DNA of 64,000 nucleotides from Candidatus Latescibacterota bacterium (lineage in GTDB: Bacteria; Latescibacterota; UBA2968; UBA8231). The stretch lies in assembly GCA_965219385.1 (NCBI GenBank), contig CBDCNM010000002.1, positions 1,482,936-1,546,935 of the forward strand. Reading direction: 5' to 3'. Shown here one piece after another: positions 30,421 to 40,663 of the stretch. Position 1 is the stretch's first letter. Every line of letters begins with the position of its first letter. The position numbers and the translations under genes were made by a program. The notes beneath the pieces are model-generated. The model did not search any database and had not been told where the DNA came from. It worked only from the letters and a program-made list of their open reading frames with translations.

Positions 30421-31111
30421 GGTCGAAGACATCCACGCCTCCTACGGTTTGAGCCAGGTGCTCTTCGGGGTGTCGTTCTTTGTGGACCCGGGCGAGGTAG
30501 TGGCTCTGATCGGCCGCAACGGGGTAGGCAAAACCACCACCCTGCGCTGCATCGCCGGCCTGAACCCACCGCGCGCGGGCCGCATTGTGTGGCAGGGCCG
30601 GGACATCGCGGGTTTGCCGGCCCACCGGATCGCCCGGCTCGGAATCGGCTGGGTGCCCGAGGACCGGCGGGTGTTTCCGGATCTGACAGTGTGGGAAAAC
30701 CTGGACATTGCCCGCCGTAGCGGGGCCAAAGGCGAGGGCTGGAGCGAGGCCCAGGTCTACGAGTTGTTCCCGGAACTAAAGGAAATAGCCGCAAGGCGGG
30801 GCGGGGTCCTGAGCGGCGGCCAGCAACAGATGCTGAGCATCGCCCGCAGCTTGATGCTCAATCCAAAGCTGCTGCTGTTAGACGAGCCGTCCGAGGGCCT
30901 GGCCCCACAAGTGGTCGAGACCCTGGCAGAGCAAATCCGCCAACTGAAGCAAAGCGGCATGGCCATGGTGATGGCCGAGCAGAGCCTGGACCTGGTGCTT
31001 TCCTTGAGCGACCGGGTTCACATCCTGGAAAAGGGGCAGGTCCGCTATTCGGAGACAGCCGGAGATTTGCGGGAAAACGAGGCCGTGCTGGAGCACTACC
31101 TGACGCTCTAA
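30413..31111 (+). CDS. livF: ABC ATP-binding protein (LivF-like)
   Basis: GRNGVGKTT, LSGGQQQM, LLDEPSEGLAP. Confidence 0.92.
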   Translation: MLEVEDIHASYGLSQVLFGVSFFVDPGEVVALIGRNGVGKTTTLRCIAGLNPPRAGRIVWQGRDIAGLPAHRIARLGIGWVPEDRRVFPDLTVWENLDIARRSGAKGEGWSEAQVYELFPELKEIAARRGGVLSGGQQQMLSIARSLMLNPKLLLLDEPSEGLAPQVVETLAEQIRQLKQSGMAMVMAEQSLDLVLSLSDRVHILEKGQVRYSETAGDLRENEAVLEHYLTL

Positions 31112-31248
31112 GCGGCATTGAGTAGAAGCGGTTTCAGGCGTAGTATCCGGTACTATCCAGATCTCCGAAGTAGGTGTTTAGGCGGCGTAGATCACATAAC
31201 GGTCCACCAGGAAGGCAATCTGCTTTTCAGCGAAGGTCGCTCTTCCTA

Positions 31249-32178
31249 TCAGTACTTGGGGACCTCCGCTTCCGTGAAAAGCTGGTGCAACTCCTCCCGC
31301 AACGCCGGACCCACCGGATGGGCAGGAGGGCGCGGCGGTCCGGCCGGAAGGCCGACCTCTTGCATGGCCGCCTTGATGAAGGGCCCCTCCCCCTCGGTTT
31401 CCTGGACGACCTTGGCGACCCATTTTTGCCAGGGCCAGTAGAATGCAGCCAGCTTTTGAATGACCTCCTGGTAGGCTTGTTGCTCCAGCAGGTTCCAGAT
31501 CGAGAGCGGGTACTCGGGCCAGAAGTTGCTCAGGTGGGTGATGATGCCGGTTGCGCCCATCATGTGGGACCAGACCTGCTGACCCATGTTGTCGATGATG
31601 GCCAGACGGTCCGCAAAGCGATACAGGCCTTCGGTGTATGCGGCCGAAGAGGGTGCCGACCACTTGAGGGCCACCACGTTGCGCAACCCGGCCAGCCGCT
31701 CCACCATGTCCGGATTCATGCTGAGGGTATTCCACCAGTTGTTGTAGATCATGATGGGCAGATCGCTCTCTTCCGCCGCGGCCTTGAAAAGACGAAAGAT
31801 ATCCTCGTCGGGCGGTCCGTAATAATAAGGGGCCGAGAGCTGCCCCAGGGCGGCGCCGACCTCGCAGGCGTAGCGCGCCAGCTCCACGACTTCGCGCGTC
31901 CCATTGGACTGAATGCTGGTCGCCACCAGCACCTCGCCCTGGGCCGCTTCGACGCTGACCCGGGCGACCTCTTTGCGCTCCTCCATGCTGAGCATGGGAA
32001 ATTCGCCTCCGGCCGCCGCCACCAGCAACACCCCCTGCCCTCGGCGCACGCCGCGCTCGACCATAAAGCGGATATTGTCCCGCAAGGCCTCCAGGTCGAG
32101 CTTGCAATCCGCGGTAAAGGGCGTGGCCACCGAGACCATGGGGCCCTTGAACAAATCTTTGGCTTGTCGAATGTCCAT
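31249..32178 (-). CDS. Dihydrodipicolinate synthase/class I aldolase family
   Basis: TPF, GEFPMLSMEERK, PIMIYN, VVALKWS (Schiff-base Lys). Confidence 0.88.
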   Translation of the reverse strand: MDIRQAKDLFKGPMVSVATPFTADCKLDLEALRDNIRFMVERGVRRGQGVLLVAAAGGEFPMLSMEERKEVARVSVEAAQGEVLVATSIQSNGTREVVELARYACEVGAALGQLSAPYYYGPPDEDIFRLFKAAAEESDLPIMIYNNWWNTLSMNPDMVERLAGLRNVVALKWSAPSSAAYTEGLYRFADRLAIIDNMGQQVWSHMMGATGIITHLSNFWPEYPLSIWNLLEQQAYQEVIQKLAAFYWPWQKWVAKVVQETEGEGPFIKAAMQEVGLPAGPPRPPAHPVGPALREELHQLFTEAEVPKY

Positions 32179-32200
32179 GGTTAAAAACCTTCTTGTGATT

Positions 32201-33346
32201 TCAATCCCACCACTCTTCGCCCACAATTAGGTGGGCCCGTAAAAGATCCTCGTTCAGTTCCACCCCGATCCCTGGACCATCGGGCAAGGTGATGTAGCCT
32301 CGATCGACCACAGGGCCACCCCAATCCACGGCAATGTCGTCCCACCAGGGACAGTCGAGACCGTGGTGCTCCAGGGCGAGGAAATTCGGGGCGTTGGCGC
32401 AGACGTGGGCCGAGGCCACAGTGCCCACGGGCGTGCAGATGTTGTGCGGCGCAAACGAAAGGTAGTGCATTTCGCACAACTCGGCCACCTTTTTGCCCTC
32501 CTGAATCCCTCCAAAACGGGGTATGTCGGGCGTGATGATATCAGCGGCCCGCAGCTCGATCATAGGTCTGAGTCCATGGCCCATCCAGTGGTTCTCGCCA
32601 CAGGCTATCGGCACGGAGGTGTGGTCGGTCACGTATTTCAAGGCCTCGAGATTTTCGGGCGGGGTCGGATCTTCCAGCCACAGGATGTCTATGTCCTCCA
32701 GCCTTCGGGCCACCCTGAGCGCATCCGCGGTCTGATAGCACCAGTGCAGATCGAGGCACAGATCCACACCGTCCGGCAGCGCCTCGTAGGCGGCGTGGCT
32801 GACGGCACTCATATAATCGACCTCGCCCCTCGACAGGGCGCGGTTGTGGCTATCCTTTCTGTACCCGTGCGGGGCGCAGTTGTCGATATCCACCTTCACG
32901 ACCGTGTATCCTGCTTCTACCCTCTCGCGCACTCCGTCCGCGTAGGCCTCCGGAGATTGGTCTCCGGGTCGGCCTGTGTCGGCATAGATCCGCACTTTAT
33001 CCCTGTACTTGCCGCCCAGGAGCTGCCACAGGGGAAGGCCCGTGATCTTTCCGAGCAGATCCCATAGGGCAAGTTCGACCCCCGACATCGCCAGCACGAT
33101 GCTCCCGCCCATGGATCCGGAACCGGAGAGCCCGCGGTATATCTTCTGGGCCAGCTGGACCACGTGTCGGGGATCCTCACCGACGATCATCCCTTCGATG
33201 CGCCGCAGGATATCCGGCACGCCGATGGGAAGCTGCGATTCTCCGATGCCATAAAGGCCCTCGTCCGTCTCCACCTTGACCAGGGTCCAGGTCCATGGTA
33301 CTCCCTGAACCGTCACCGATTTGATGCCTGTGATCTTCATATCCAT
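32201..33346 (-). CDS. Mandelate racemase/enolase-superfamily acid-sugar dehydratase
   Basis: ALWDLLGK, KVD, DLH, WLEDP, ACGEN, APHN, PGIGVE. Confidence 0.9.
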   Translation of the reverse strand: MDMKITGIKSVTVQGVPWTWTLVKVETDEGLYGIGESQLPIGVPDILRRIEGMIVGEDPRHVVQLAQKIYRGLSGSGSMGGSIVLAMSGVELALWDLLGKITGLPLWQLLGGKYRDKVRIYADTGRPGDQSPEAYADGVRERVEAGYTVVKVDIDNCAPHGYRKDSHNRALSRGEVDYMSAVSHAAYEALPDGVDLCLDLHWCYQTADALRVARRLEDIDILWLEDPTPPENLEALKYVTDHTSVPIACGENHWMGHGLRPMIELRAADIITPDIPRFGGIQEGKKVAELCEMHYLSFAPHNICTPVGTVASAHVCANAPNFLALEHHGLDCPWWDDIAVDWGGPVVDRGYITLPDGPGIGVELNEDLLRAHLIVGEEWWD

Positions 33347-33477
33347 CCATTCTCCCTGGAAATATTGGTGCGCCCGGCGCCCGGTCCCCTTACTCGCTCA
33401 TCCCGTATCCGGTCAAATCCTTGCGGTTTACCACCCACAGCGCAAAAAACAACCCCAGCAGCGCTTCCAGAACCAGA

Positions 33478-33642
33478 GTAGGCTCCTGGTACTACCACTT
33501 CAGGGAGTTTCCCGCCATGCTGAAACTCTACCGGTCCGGCTTGGCCGTAGACCGTCTGATTACCCACCGTTTCCCCCTCGACGACGCCGACGACGCCTAT
33601 CGCCTCATGGCGGCCGGTCAAACCGGGAAGGTGGTGTTGCAG
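33478..33642 (+). pseudogene. Zn-dependent alcohol dehydrogenase C-terminal remnant
   Basis: VGSWYY..LITHRFPLDDADDAY..GKVVL, with no N-terminus. Confidence 0.65.
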
Positions 33643-33649
33643 AGCGGTT

Positions 33650-34207
33650 CGCAGGTACTATTTCAGCGGACCACTGGTGGACATCGCCACCCAGTTGATC
33701 GGGCCCAATATCAAGGCCGTGACCACCCAGCTGACCTTCAAGATGCGCGGCAACGCCATGCCCTTCGACTGGCACCAGGACAATGCCTACGGCGAACTCG
33801 ATCCCTACAACGCCCTCACCTGCCTGACCGCCCTGGACGACGCCGATGTCGATAACGGTTGCCTGTGGCTGATCCCGGGTAGCCACAAAGACGGCCAGGC
33901 GGAATTTTACCGCTCCGAAGAGGATCGCCGCAACCAGCGTCCCGTCGTCCTGGAGGTGGATGAAAACCGCGCCATACCAGCCCCCATGAAGGCCGGCGAG
34001 GTCTTGATCTTCCACTGCCACATGCTGCACCACTCGGAGGGCAACCGCGCCGAGGACCGGGACCGCCGCCTCATGCTGTTTCGCTACGCCGACGCCGATG
34101 CCGTGGAGGTCTACAACAACCGCGCCCCGCGCCTGGGACGGCTGGTGCGCGGCGCGACGGTTTATCCCCAAGTCGAGGCCTTCGAGGCGGATCTGCCGCT
34201 GGACTGA
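33650..34207 (+). pseudogene. Phytanoyl-CoA dioxygenase (PhyH) family, probably N-terminally truncated
   Basis: WHQD, NGCLWLIPGSH, HHSEGN; the frame begins directly at the ADH remnant. Confidence 0.7.
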
Positions 34208-34788
34208 GGTCTTTTATCCCGTGGCCGCGATCCATCCGCTCGACATCGCAGATCGCCTTCCCCCGATCGATTACAAGCTGCCCATCATCCGTTATTACGT
34301 ATCCGATCAGAGGCTCATAGTCTCCGTTTTCGGGTTTCATATCAATAAACAGAACCTCACTCACTTGATGTGTGTGGGTCTGCCTATCTTTCCGACACCT
34401 TGAACAACTATTTGTTCAGCGGATATCCTGAGAAAGATGGGCAAACCCGGACGGCGGTGAGGAGGCGCCGCCTGGATTGTACCAGGTCTTTCGTGAATTC
34501 TTTTAAAACACTGGTAACCATTCACAGTTTTCAAAATCCTGACGATTGGGCCCAAGATGTGGTAGATTCTCTCAGTGAGACCACAAGCAGCGACGGCTAT
34601 CAAGCTTGTCAAGCTACAAGATATAGTAGACTGTCCAGCGAAATGACACAATTTTCCAGAATCCCGTGAATGGTTACAAACATTGAATGATAAAGAGTTA
34701 ACAGACACAGACGAACATTGACGCCCCAAGATATAAAACCACAAATAACGCAAAAGCGCAAAATTTGCAGAACGGGTACACAGTGCTC

Positions 34789-35553
34789 TCAAAAGGAGTC
34801 TCCACTCCCCACCTTCATGGCGTTGTAATCTTTCATTATTGTTTCGAGAAACTCGCGCGGGGACAGGTTGCTTTTTATCCCCAGGGTGCCTTCCAGAATT
34901 TTCTTGGTCTTCAGCAGCAGGTGCTCCGCGGTTTCCTGCTGTTCCGCTTTCAGAACGGGAGCCTGGTTCAGGACCTCCTGTACCGTGGTTATGGTTTGCT
35001 CGTCCAGGGTGGCTACCTGGGGAAAAACAGGGTCGTAATCCTCGTCGATCTGGGTGAAAATGGTATCCTCCAGGGTGGCGTGCGGCTTCAGCTTGATCAC
35101 GGTGGTCCCCGCGGCCAGATCCCCCAGGCGCTGGCCCTTGCCATTGATCAAAATGGTCAGGAGCGCCACCCCCCCCGAAAACAGGTCGAGGTCGATCAGA
35201 CGCAACAGCCAGCGCAACAGGTAGCTGCCGAGGGTAGGCTGCGATCCATCCAGCATGATGACCTTGATCTCCCGGTATTTCTTGCCGAAGCTCTGGCCGT
35301 CCATGGTGACTTCCAGCACCAGGTGGTAAAGAAAAACCGGCAAGGCGAGAAGGATCATCAGCCCGAAAGCCGCCGGGGAGAGCTCTTCGAAGGGCAAGAA
35401 TTCGGGTCCCGCCGCGAACAACAGCACCAGAGCCACGGCATAAGCCACGACAATCATGAGATCGATCAAATACGCCATGATCCGATCCCCGACGCTGGCT
35501 ACCTCGTATTCGATATCGACATTCTGCGCCGTCTGCACCCGGACCGTGTGCAT
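34789..35553 (-). CDS. RDD family protein
   Basis: RIMAYLID, GQSFGK, QRLGDLAAGT. Confidence 0.9.
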   Translation of the reverse strand: MHTVRVQTAQNVDIEYEVASVGDRIMAYLIDLMIVVAYAVALVLLFAAGPEFLPFEELSPAAFGLMILLALPVFLYHLVLEVTMDGQSFGKKYREIKVIMLDGSQPTLGSYLLRWLLRLIDLDLFSGGVALLTILINGKGQRLGDLAAGTTVIKLKPHATLEDTIFTQIDEDYDPVFPQVATLDEQTITTVQEVLNQAPVLKAEQQETAEHLLLKTKKILEGTLGIKSNLSPREFLETIMKDYNAMKVGSGDSF

Positions 35554-35563
35554 AGCCGTTTCC

Positions 35564-36895
35564 TCAAATCAAATTCCGCGCCTTCAACTCCAGGTATTTA
35601 TTGATAGTAGCCGCCGCCAGCCCACTGGGCGTAGTCAAAACCGGCTGAATCTTATGCCGCTCCAACTCCTTGACAATCTGCCGCTTCTCAAAGTCCAGCT
35701 GCTCCGCCGTGGCCTTGATATAAATCTCTTCCACCGTGGAAGCAGGCCGGGCCATCACCTCGTACAATTCAATATTCTGAAAAAAAACCGTCACCAGCAA
35801 GTGCCGGCTGGCAATGCGGCGCAGATAGGGCAGTTGCCTCCTGAGCGCCGCCAGGGTTTCGAAATTGGTGTACAACAAAATCAAACTCCGCTGTTTGATC
35901 TGCCGCACAATAGCAGCGTAGAGTCCCTCGTAGTCGGATTCTAAATACGAAGGGACCTGGTTGTACAGCAGCTCCAGTATGCGGCCTATCTGGGTGTGCC
36001 TGCGGTCGGCGGGCAACAGGGCTTCCAGCCGCTGGGCAAAGGTAATGATACCGGCCTTGTCCTGTCTGCCAATGGCGATATTGGAAATCACCAGAGCCGC
36101 ATTGATGGCATAGTCCAGCAAACTCATGCCGCCAAAGGGAATTTCCATCACCCGCCCCATGTCGATGACACTGTACACCTGCTGGGACTTTTCGTCCTGG
36201 TAGGTGTTTACCATCAGATCGCCCCAACGCGCCGTGGCCTTCCAGTTCATGGTGCGGTAGTCGTCGCCGCTGATGTAGCGGCGGATCCGGTCGAACTCCA
36301 TGGTCTGTCCCAGACGCCGCACCTTCTTGATGCCGACCTCGGCCAGCCGGTTGGAAATGGCGAAAAGTTCGTAGCGCCGCATCTGCAAAAAAGACGGATA
36401 GGTCGGCACCATGGCGTTTTGTCCAAAACGGTAGCGGCGGCGGGCCAGGCCCACGCGGCTGGTGGCATAGATGTTGAGGGCGCCGAAGTGGTACTCGCCG
36501 CGGCTCAGGGGACGCAGGGTATAACTCGTGGCGTAGTTGCCTTTCAAGGGCAGGAATACATCCAGGGCAAAGTCGCGGATCTGGAACTGGGCCGGCAACT
36601 CGTCTATGATCCGGACGACAAGCGGAAAGGGATAGTGGTTTTCCAGGTAGAGCTGGATGGTGTTGTCGTCGCCGTTGGACAACCTTTCCGGCACCTGGCG
36701 CCGGGCCACGATCCCCTGGCGGGTGCGGTTCAACAAAAACAGTTCCGCCCCCAGAAGCACGACCACAGCCAGCAAACCCATCTGCGCCAGGGCAAAACTC
36801 AGGGCAGTGAAGTGACCCAGGACAAAACACAGGACAAGCGCCCCCAGCAGCAGCCACAGCCGGTCCGTAAAGTAAAGCTCGCGCACCAATCTCAC
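35564..36895 (-). CDS. DUF58 (vWA-like) protein
   Basis: EFDRIRRYISGDDYRTMNWKATAR, DMGRVM. Confidence 0.9.
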   Translation of the reverse strand: MRLVRELYFTDRLWLLLGALVLCFVLGHFTALSFALAQMGLLAVVVLLGAELFLLNRTRQGIVARRQVPERLSNGDDNTIQLYLENHYPFPLVVRIIDELPAQFQIRDFALDVFLPLKGNYATSYTLRPLSRGEYHFGALNIYATSRVGLARRRYRFGQNAMVPTYPSFLQMRRYELFAISNRLAEVGIKKVRRLGQTMEFDRIRRYISGDDYRTMNWKATARWGDLMVNTYQDEKSQQVYSVIDMGRVMEIPFGGMSLLDYAINAALVISNIAIGRQDKAGIITFAQRLEALLPADRRHTQIGRILELLYNQVPSYLESDYEGLYAAIVRQIKQRSLILLYTNFETLAALRRQLPYLRRIASRHLLVTVFFQNIELYEVMARPASTVEEIYIKATAEQLDFEKRQIVKELERHKIQPVLTTPSGLAAATINKYLELKARNLI

Positions 36896-37866
36896 TACCG
36901 CGGCACCTCGAGCTGCTCGACGATCTGTTTGATCACGTGCTCGGGCCTCACCCCTTCCATCTCCTTTTCCGGCGTCAGCAGGATCCGGTGGCACAGGGCG
37001 GGGTAGGTGGTGGCGCGGATGTCTTCGGGAGTGACGAAGTCGCGGCCCTGCATCGCCGCCATGGCCTTGGAGCCGGTCATGATGGCCAGCGAGGCCCGGG
37101 GAGAAGCGCCCAGGTAGAGGGACCCGTGGTTGCGGGTCTGGTGCACGATCCGGGCGATGTAGGCAAGCAAATCCTCTTCCACGTGGACGGCCTTGACCAG
37201 ACCCTGGTAGGCCACCATGCGCTCGGCCTCGACCACCGCCTGCACCCCTTCCAGTTCGATGCGGTCCTGGCGCTGGTCGAACTCGGACAGAATCCGGACT
37301 TCCTCCTCCAGGCTGGGGTAATCCATCTGGATTTTAAACAGGAACCGGTCCAGTTGCGCCTCCGGCAGCTGGTAGGTGCCCTCCTGCTCGATCGGATTTT
37401 GCGTCGCGATCACCATGAAGGGCCGACCCATGGCGCGGGTCACCCCATCGGTGGTCACCTGCCGCTCCTCCATCACTTCGAAGAGGGCGGATTGGGTTTT
37501 GGCCGGGGCGCGGTTGATTTCGTCGATCAAAATCATATGGGCGAAGATCGGCCCCTTTTTGAACTCGAACTCCGTGGTTTTGACATTGAACACCGAAGAC
37601 CCGAGCACGTCCACGGGCATCAGGTCGGGGGTAAACTGCACCCTGGAGAAATCGGTCGACAGGGTCCGGGCGATCAACTTGGCGGTCAGGGTCTTGGCGA
37701 TGCCGGGGACCCCTTCGAGCAGCACGTGGCCCTCGGCCAGCAGGGCGGCAATCAACAAATCGATCATGCCCTGTTGCCCGATGATGATTTTTTGCACCTC
37801 GGCGTTGATGGCTTCGACGGCCTGCCGCAGTTCGCTCAGATCCAATCGCTGGGTGAATTCCGTCAT
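36895..37866 (-). CDS. moxR: MoxR-family AAA+ ATPase
   Basis: GVPGIAKT, QFTPDLMP, DEINRAPAKTQSAL, LPEAQLDRF. Confidence 0.95.
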   Translation of the reverse strand: MTEFTQRLDLSELRQAVEAINAEVQKIIIGQQGMIDLLIAALLAEGHVLLEGVPGIAKTLTAKLIARTLSTDFSRVQFTPDLMPVDVLGSSVFNVKTTEFEFKKGPIFAHMILIDEINRAPAKTQSALFEVMEERQVTTDGVTRAMGRPFMVIATQNPIEQEGTYQLPEAQLDRFLFKIQMDYPSLEEEVRILSEFDQRQDRIELEGVQAVVEAERMVAYQGLVKAVHVEEDLLAYIARIVHQTRNHGSLYLGASPRASLAIMTGSKAMAAMQGRDFVTPEDIRATTYPALCHRILLTPEKEMEGVRPEHVIKQIVEQLEVPR

Positions 37867-39044
37867 GTGTCTCTCGCTTCCTCTTGGGTGTAAAACCTTT
37901 CGAGCAAACGGTTCAGCCTGGCCAACTCGTCCTCCCGGACCACGTCCGCGTTTTGCACCTGCTGCAGGCAGTCGAACAATTCGTTTATAGCCGCCGCCGG
38001 GGCCCCGGTCTTTGCCGCTACCCTTGCACGCCCCGCATCGGCGAGGTTTTGCACCTTCAGGCCCAGATGGGTGCGGAGATGTTCCAGGAAGTATTTGATT
38101 TTCTTGGCGGCGATGTTTTTGTGGTCTCTTTGCTGGTAGTAGAGCCTTCCCACGGTCTCCACGAACTCCAGGGTACGGTTGGGCAGGGGTTCGATCAAGG
38201 GGATCGCGCGTTGTTTTCTCCGGCCTTCAAAGGCGATGAATAATACAAGGAGAACCAGCGCCAGGTAAAAGGCCCACTTCAGCGGCGCCCTTTTGAGGAT
38301 GTAGCGCATCGGGAGCCTGGCTTCCAGCCGGCGGACCTTGTAGTACTCGTCCCACAGGGTATGCTGCAGCGGCAAGTACGAGAGGGCATTAAAAACGTAA
38401 TCCGCGTTGGGGCCGGCGAGGAGGTTGTAGTTGGTGAAGGCCAGGGGAATGCAACTCAACCACAAGACTCCCTGGCCCCAGCGCACCTTGATAAAGTTGA
38501 CCTGATCCCGGTCGTTGAAGCCGAGGATCGTGGTCTTCGAGGTATCAAACGAAGTAAAATAGTGCGCTACCGTCCCCGGTTTGTAGCGATAGCTTTCATT
38601 TTGGACAGAGGTGTTGGCAAGATGGATGCCGAGTGAATCGGTGCGCAAAAAATCCCGCGAGGTATCTATCTTCAGGGTACCCTCTAAGCCGCCTTTGAAT
38701 TGCTGAGCGGCGATGAAGACGTGGTTGCCTGCATCCACGAAATCGAGCAGGGCCCTGGTCTCCACTTCGTCCACGGAGATTGCGCTGTTGATGAATACGT
38801 AGTTGGTCCGCTCGAAGGAGTGCTCTTTCAGGACCGTGAAGATGGACTGGTCCAGCACTTCTATACCTGTGGGCGGAAAGAGGTGGGGCAACAGCTCGAA
38901 CAGGATATGGCTTCCATAGGGAATTTTGTCCCGGGCCGAAAAACTGGGCGACCAGTCAATGGCGGGCGGGGTCAGGACCTCGACCAGGATCAGCGCCAGC
39001 AGACACGAGGTCAGCACCAGGTAATATTTCAGGTCGCGTTTCAC
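37863..39044 (-). CDS. DUF4350-domain membrane protein
   Basis: DKIPYG, AFTNYNLL, WDEYY, EFVETVGRLYY; MoxR operon context. Confidence 0.8.
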   Translation of the reverse strand: MKRDLKYYLVLTSCLLALILVEVLTPPAIDWSPSFSARDKIPYGSHILFELLPHLFPPTGIEVLDQSIFTVLKEHSFERTNYVFINSAISVDEVETRALLDFVDAGNHVFIAAQQFKGGLEGTLKIDTSRDFLRTDSLGIHLANTSVQNESYRYKPGTVAHYFTSFDTSKTTILGFNDRDQVNFIKVRWGQGVLWLSCIPLAFTNYNLLAGPNADYVFNALSYLPLQHTLWDEYYKVRRLEARLPMRYILKRAPLKWAFYLALVLLVLFIAFEGRRKQRAIPLIEPLPNRTLEFVETVGRLYYQQRDHKNIAAKKIKYFLEHLRTHLGLKVQNLADAGRARVAAKTGAPAAAINELFDCLQQVQNADVVREDELARLNRLLERFYTQEEARDT

Positions 39045-39775
39045 GCTTTGCCCAGAAACTGGTTGCCGAATCGTTGAAAAACCGCCTCGGTTTCTTGAAA
39101 AGTGGCCTCCTCCAGCGGCGTTTTCCCGTACCAGATGCGCTCGAAAAGCCCGGTGATCTCGACAAAGGGTCGCCGCAGCGGCGAGTTGGCCAGTTCCAGC
39201 ACATAGTCCTGGTTGATCTTGTCCCTTTTCCAGTCAATCAGGTGCTGGTCGGCGAGTGTTTTCAAGGATTTGAGGTAGTAGAGACGGATGGCCAGCCGGT
39301 AGTGTCGCCGCGCCACCGCATCCTGGATTTGCCGCTCAAAGTCCATTTTCTCGATGTCTTCATCCGCCTCCAGAAGCTCTGCGACGGGCCGGTCCGGGGG
39401 GCCGTAAAAGAGCCCCCGCAGCTGCGCCCCGAACAACTGGCTGGCGAGCAGCCAGAGCCCCAGAATCACAATGGTGCCGAGGATGATTTTCTCCAGCATG
39501 GACCAGTGCTCGCCCCACCCCCAGTCCTGCGCCTTTTCCCAGAGCCAGAGCCGCAAAAAATCCCACAAACTCGGACCCGTCGAATCCCGGTCGTAGAGAA
39601 ACGCCTCGTCCACCAGGTAGGGCGCCAGGGCCCCGTCCGGAATCTGCCGCACCTGGACGGCGGAAGAGTCCACCGGAGCGCCGTAATTTTTCGGGGTGTC
39701 GGCGTAGAGCCGGGGCAGGGCCGGCGCCAGCAAAAGAAGTAAGATCCCCGCCCAACTGATTCTCTTTGTTTGCAT
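39041..39775 (-). CDS. DUF4129-domain protein
   Basis: YRLAIRLYYL..KINQDY..FERIWYG. Confidence 0.8.
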   Translation of the reverse strand: MQTKRISWAGILLLLLAPALPRLYADTPKNYGAPVDSSAVQVRQIPDGALAPYLVDEAFLYDRDSTGPSLWDFLRLWLWEKAQDWGWGEHWSMLEKIILGTIVILGLWLLASQLFGAQLRGLFYGPPDRPVAELLEADEDIEKMDFERQIQDAVARRHYRLAIRLYYLKSLKTLADQHLIDWKRDKINQDYVLELANSPLRRPFVEITGLFERIWYGKTPLEEATFQETEAVFQRFGNQFLGKA

Positions 39776-39802
39776 AAGCCGGTACCACCTCAGAGAGGCT
39801 TT

Positions 39803-40663
39803 CTACTCTGTCTCATCTTGCCCCAGGCTTTCCACCTTTGCCATCAAGCCGGCCGCTTCCTTCCTTTCGACCAGGTTGAAAAACTGGAAGGCAAACCCTA
39901 TGACAAAAAGGCTATGGGTAAAATAGCCCAGGGATGCGAAAACATGGGTAATGACGCTGAGGATGGGATAGTCCCCCAGACCCACCGGGTTGCCGCCCGT
40001 AAAGGTGACAATAAAACCAAGGACCATGTTGGGCAATCCAAAGACAAAGCCAAATACCATTTGAATGATGTACAGAACCAGGACCAGACCCAGGGTGGCC
40101 CACCAGTGCCCCGACATGAGCTGGCGGGCCCTGAAAACAGCGGCAAAAAAGGATTTGCCCTCGTAGAGGCGCACCACCGGCACGATGGAAAGCACCACAA
40201 AAAGATAAATGCCCGGAATCACCAGGAGGAGAAAGCCCAGTACCAGGGCCACGACTATCCCGATATTGGTAGAGAACATCACGGCAAAGTCCTGCTTGAC
40301 TCCCTGCCACACCTCCTCTACCTGAACCCCTGCATTTCCTTTGTCGATATAGAGGAGCAAGTATTCGTACACCACCAGAAAAAGGACGCTCCAGACGACC
40401 AGGTAGAGGGCGAAAAAGCCGAGCCACCACGGCACCATTTCAAACAAGCCGTCCAGATCGGAAAAAAGGGAATAGAACTCGATCTGGAACAGGTCGTAAT
40501 AGTACAGCTGCCCCCCGGTGCTCAACAACAACAGAGGGCCCACGATGAACAACAAGCTCTTGCCCAGCGGTTTAAAGTTGTGGCGGATAAAGGAAAAGGT
40601 ATCGTTGAGGACTTCGCTGAAGTCCCGCACGCGGCGAAACTCGATGCGTTCAGTGGTCTGCAC
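39803..40663 (-). CDS. Multi-pass membrane protein of the MoxR/SpoIIM cluster
   Basis: RDFSEVLNDTF, LVIPGIYL, several TM helices. Confidence 0.75.
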   Translation of the reverse strand: MQTTERIEFRRVRDFSEVLNDTFSFIRHNFKPLGKSLLFIVGPLLLLSTGGQLYYYDLFQIEFYSLFSDLDGLFEMVPWWLGFFALYLVVWSVLFLVVYEYLLLYIDKGNAGVQVEEVWQGVKQDFAVMFSTNIGIVVALVLGFLLLVIPGIYLFVVLSIVPVVRLYEGKSFFAAVFRARQLMSGHWWATLGLVLVLYIIQMVFGFVFGLPNMVLGFIVTFTGGNPVGLGDYPILSVITHVFASLGYFTHSLFVIGFAFQFFNLVERKEAAGLMAKVESLGQDETE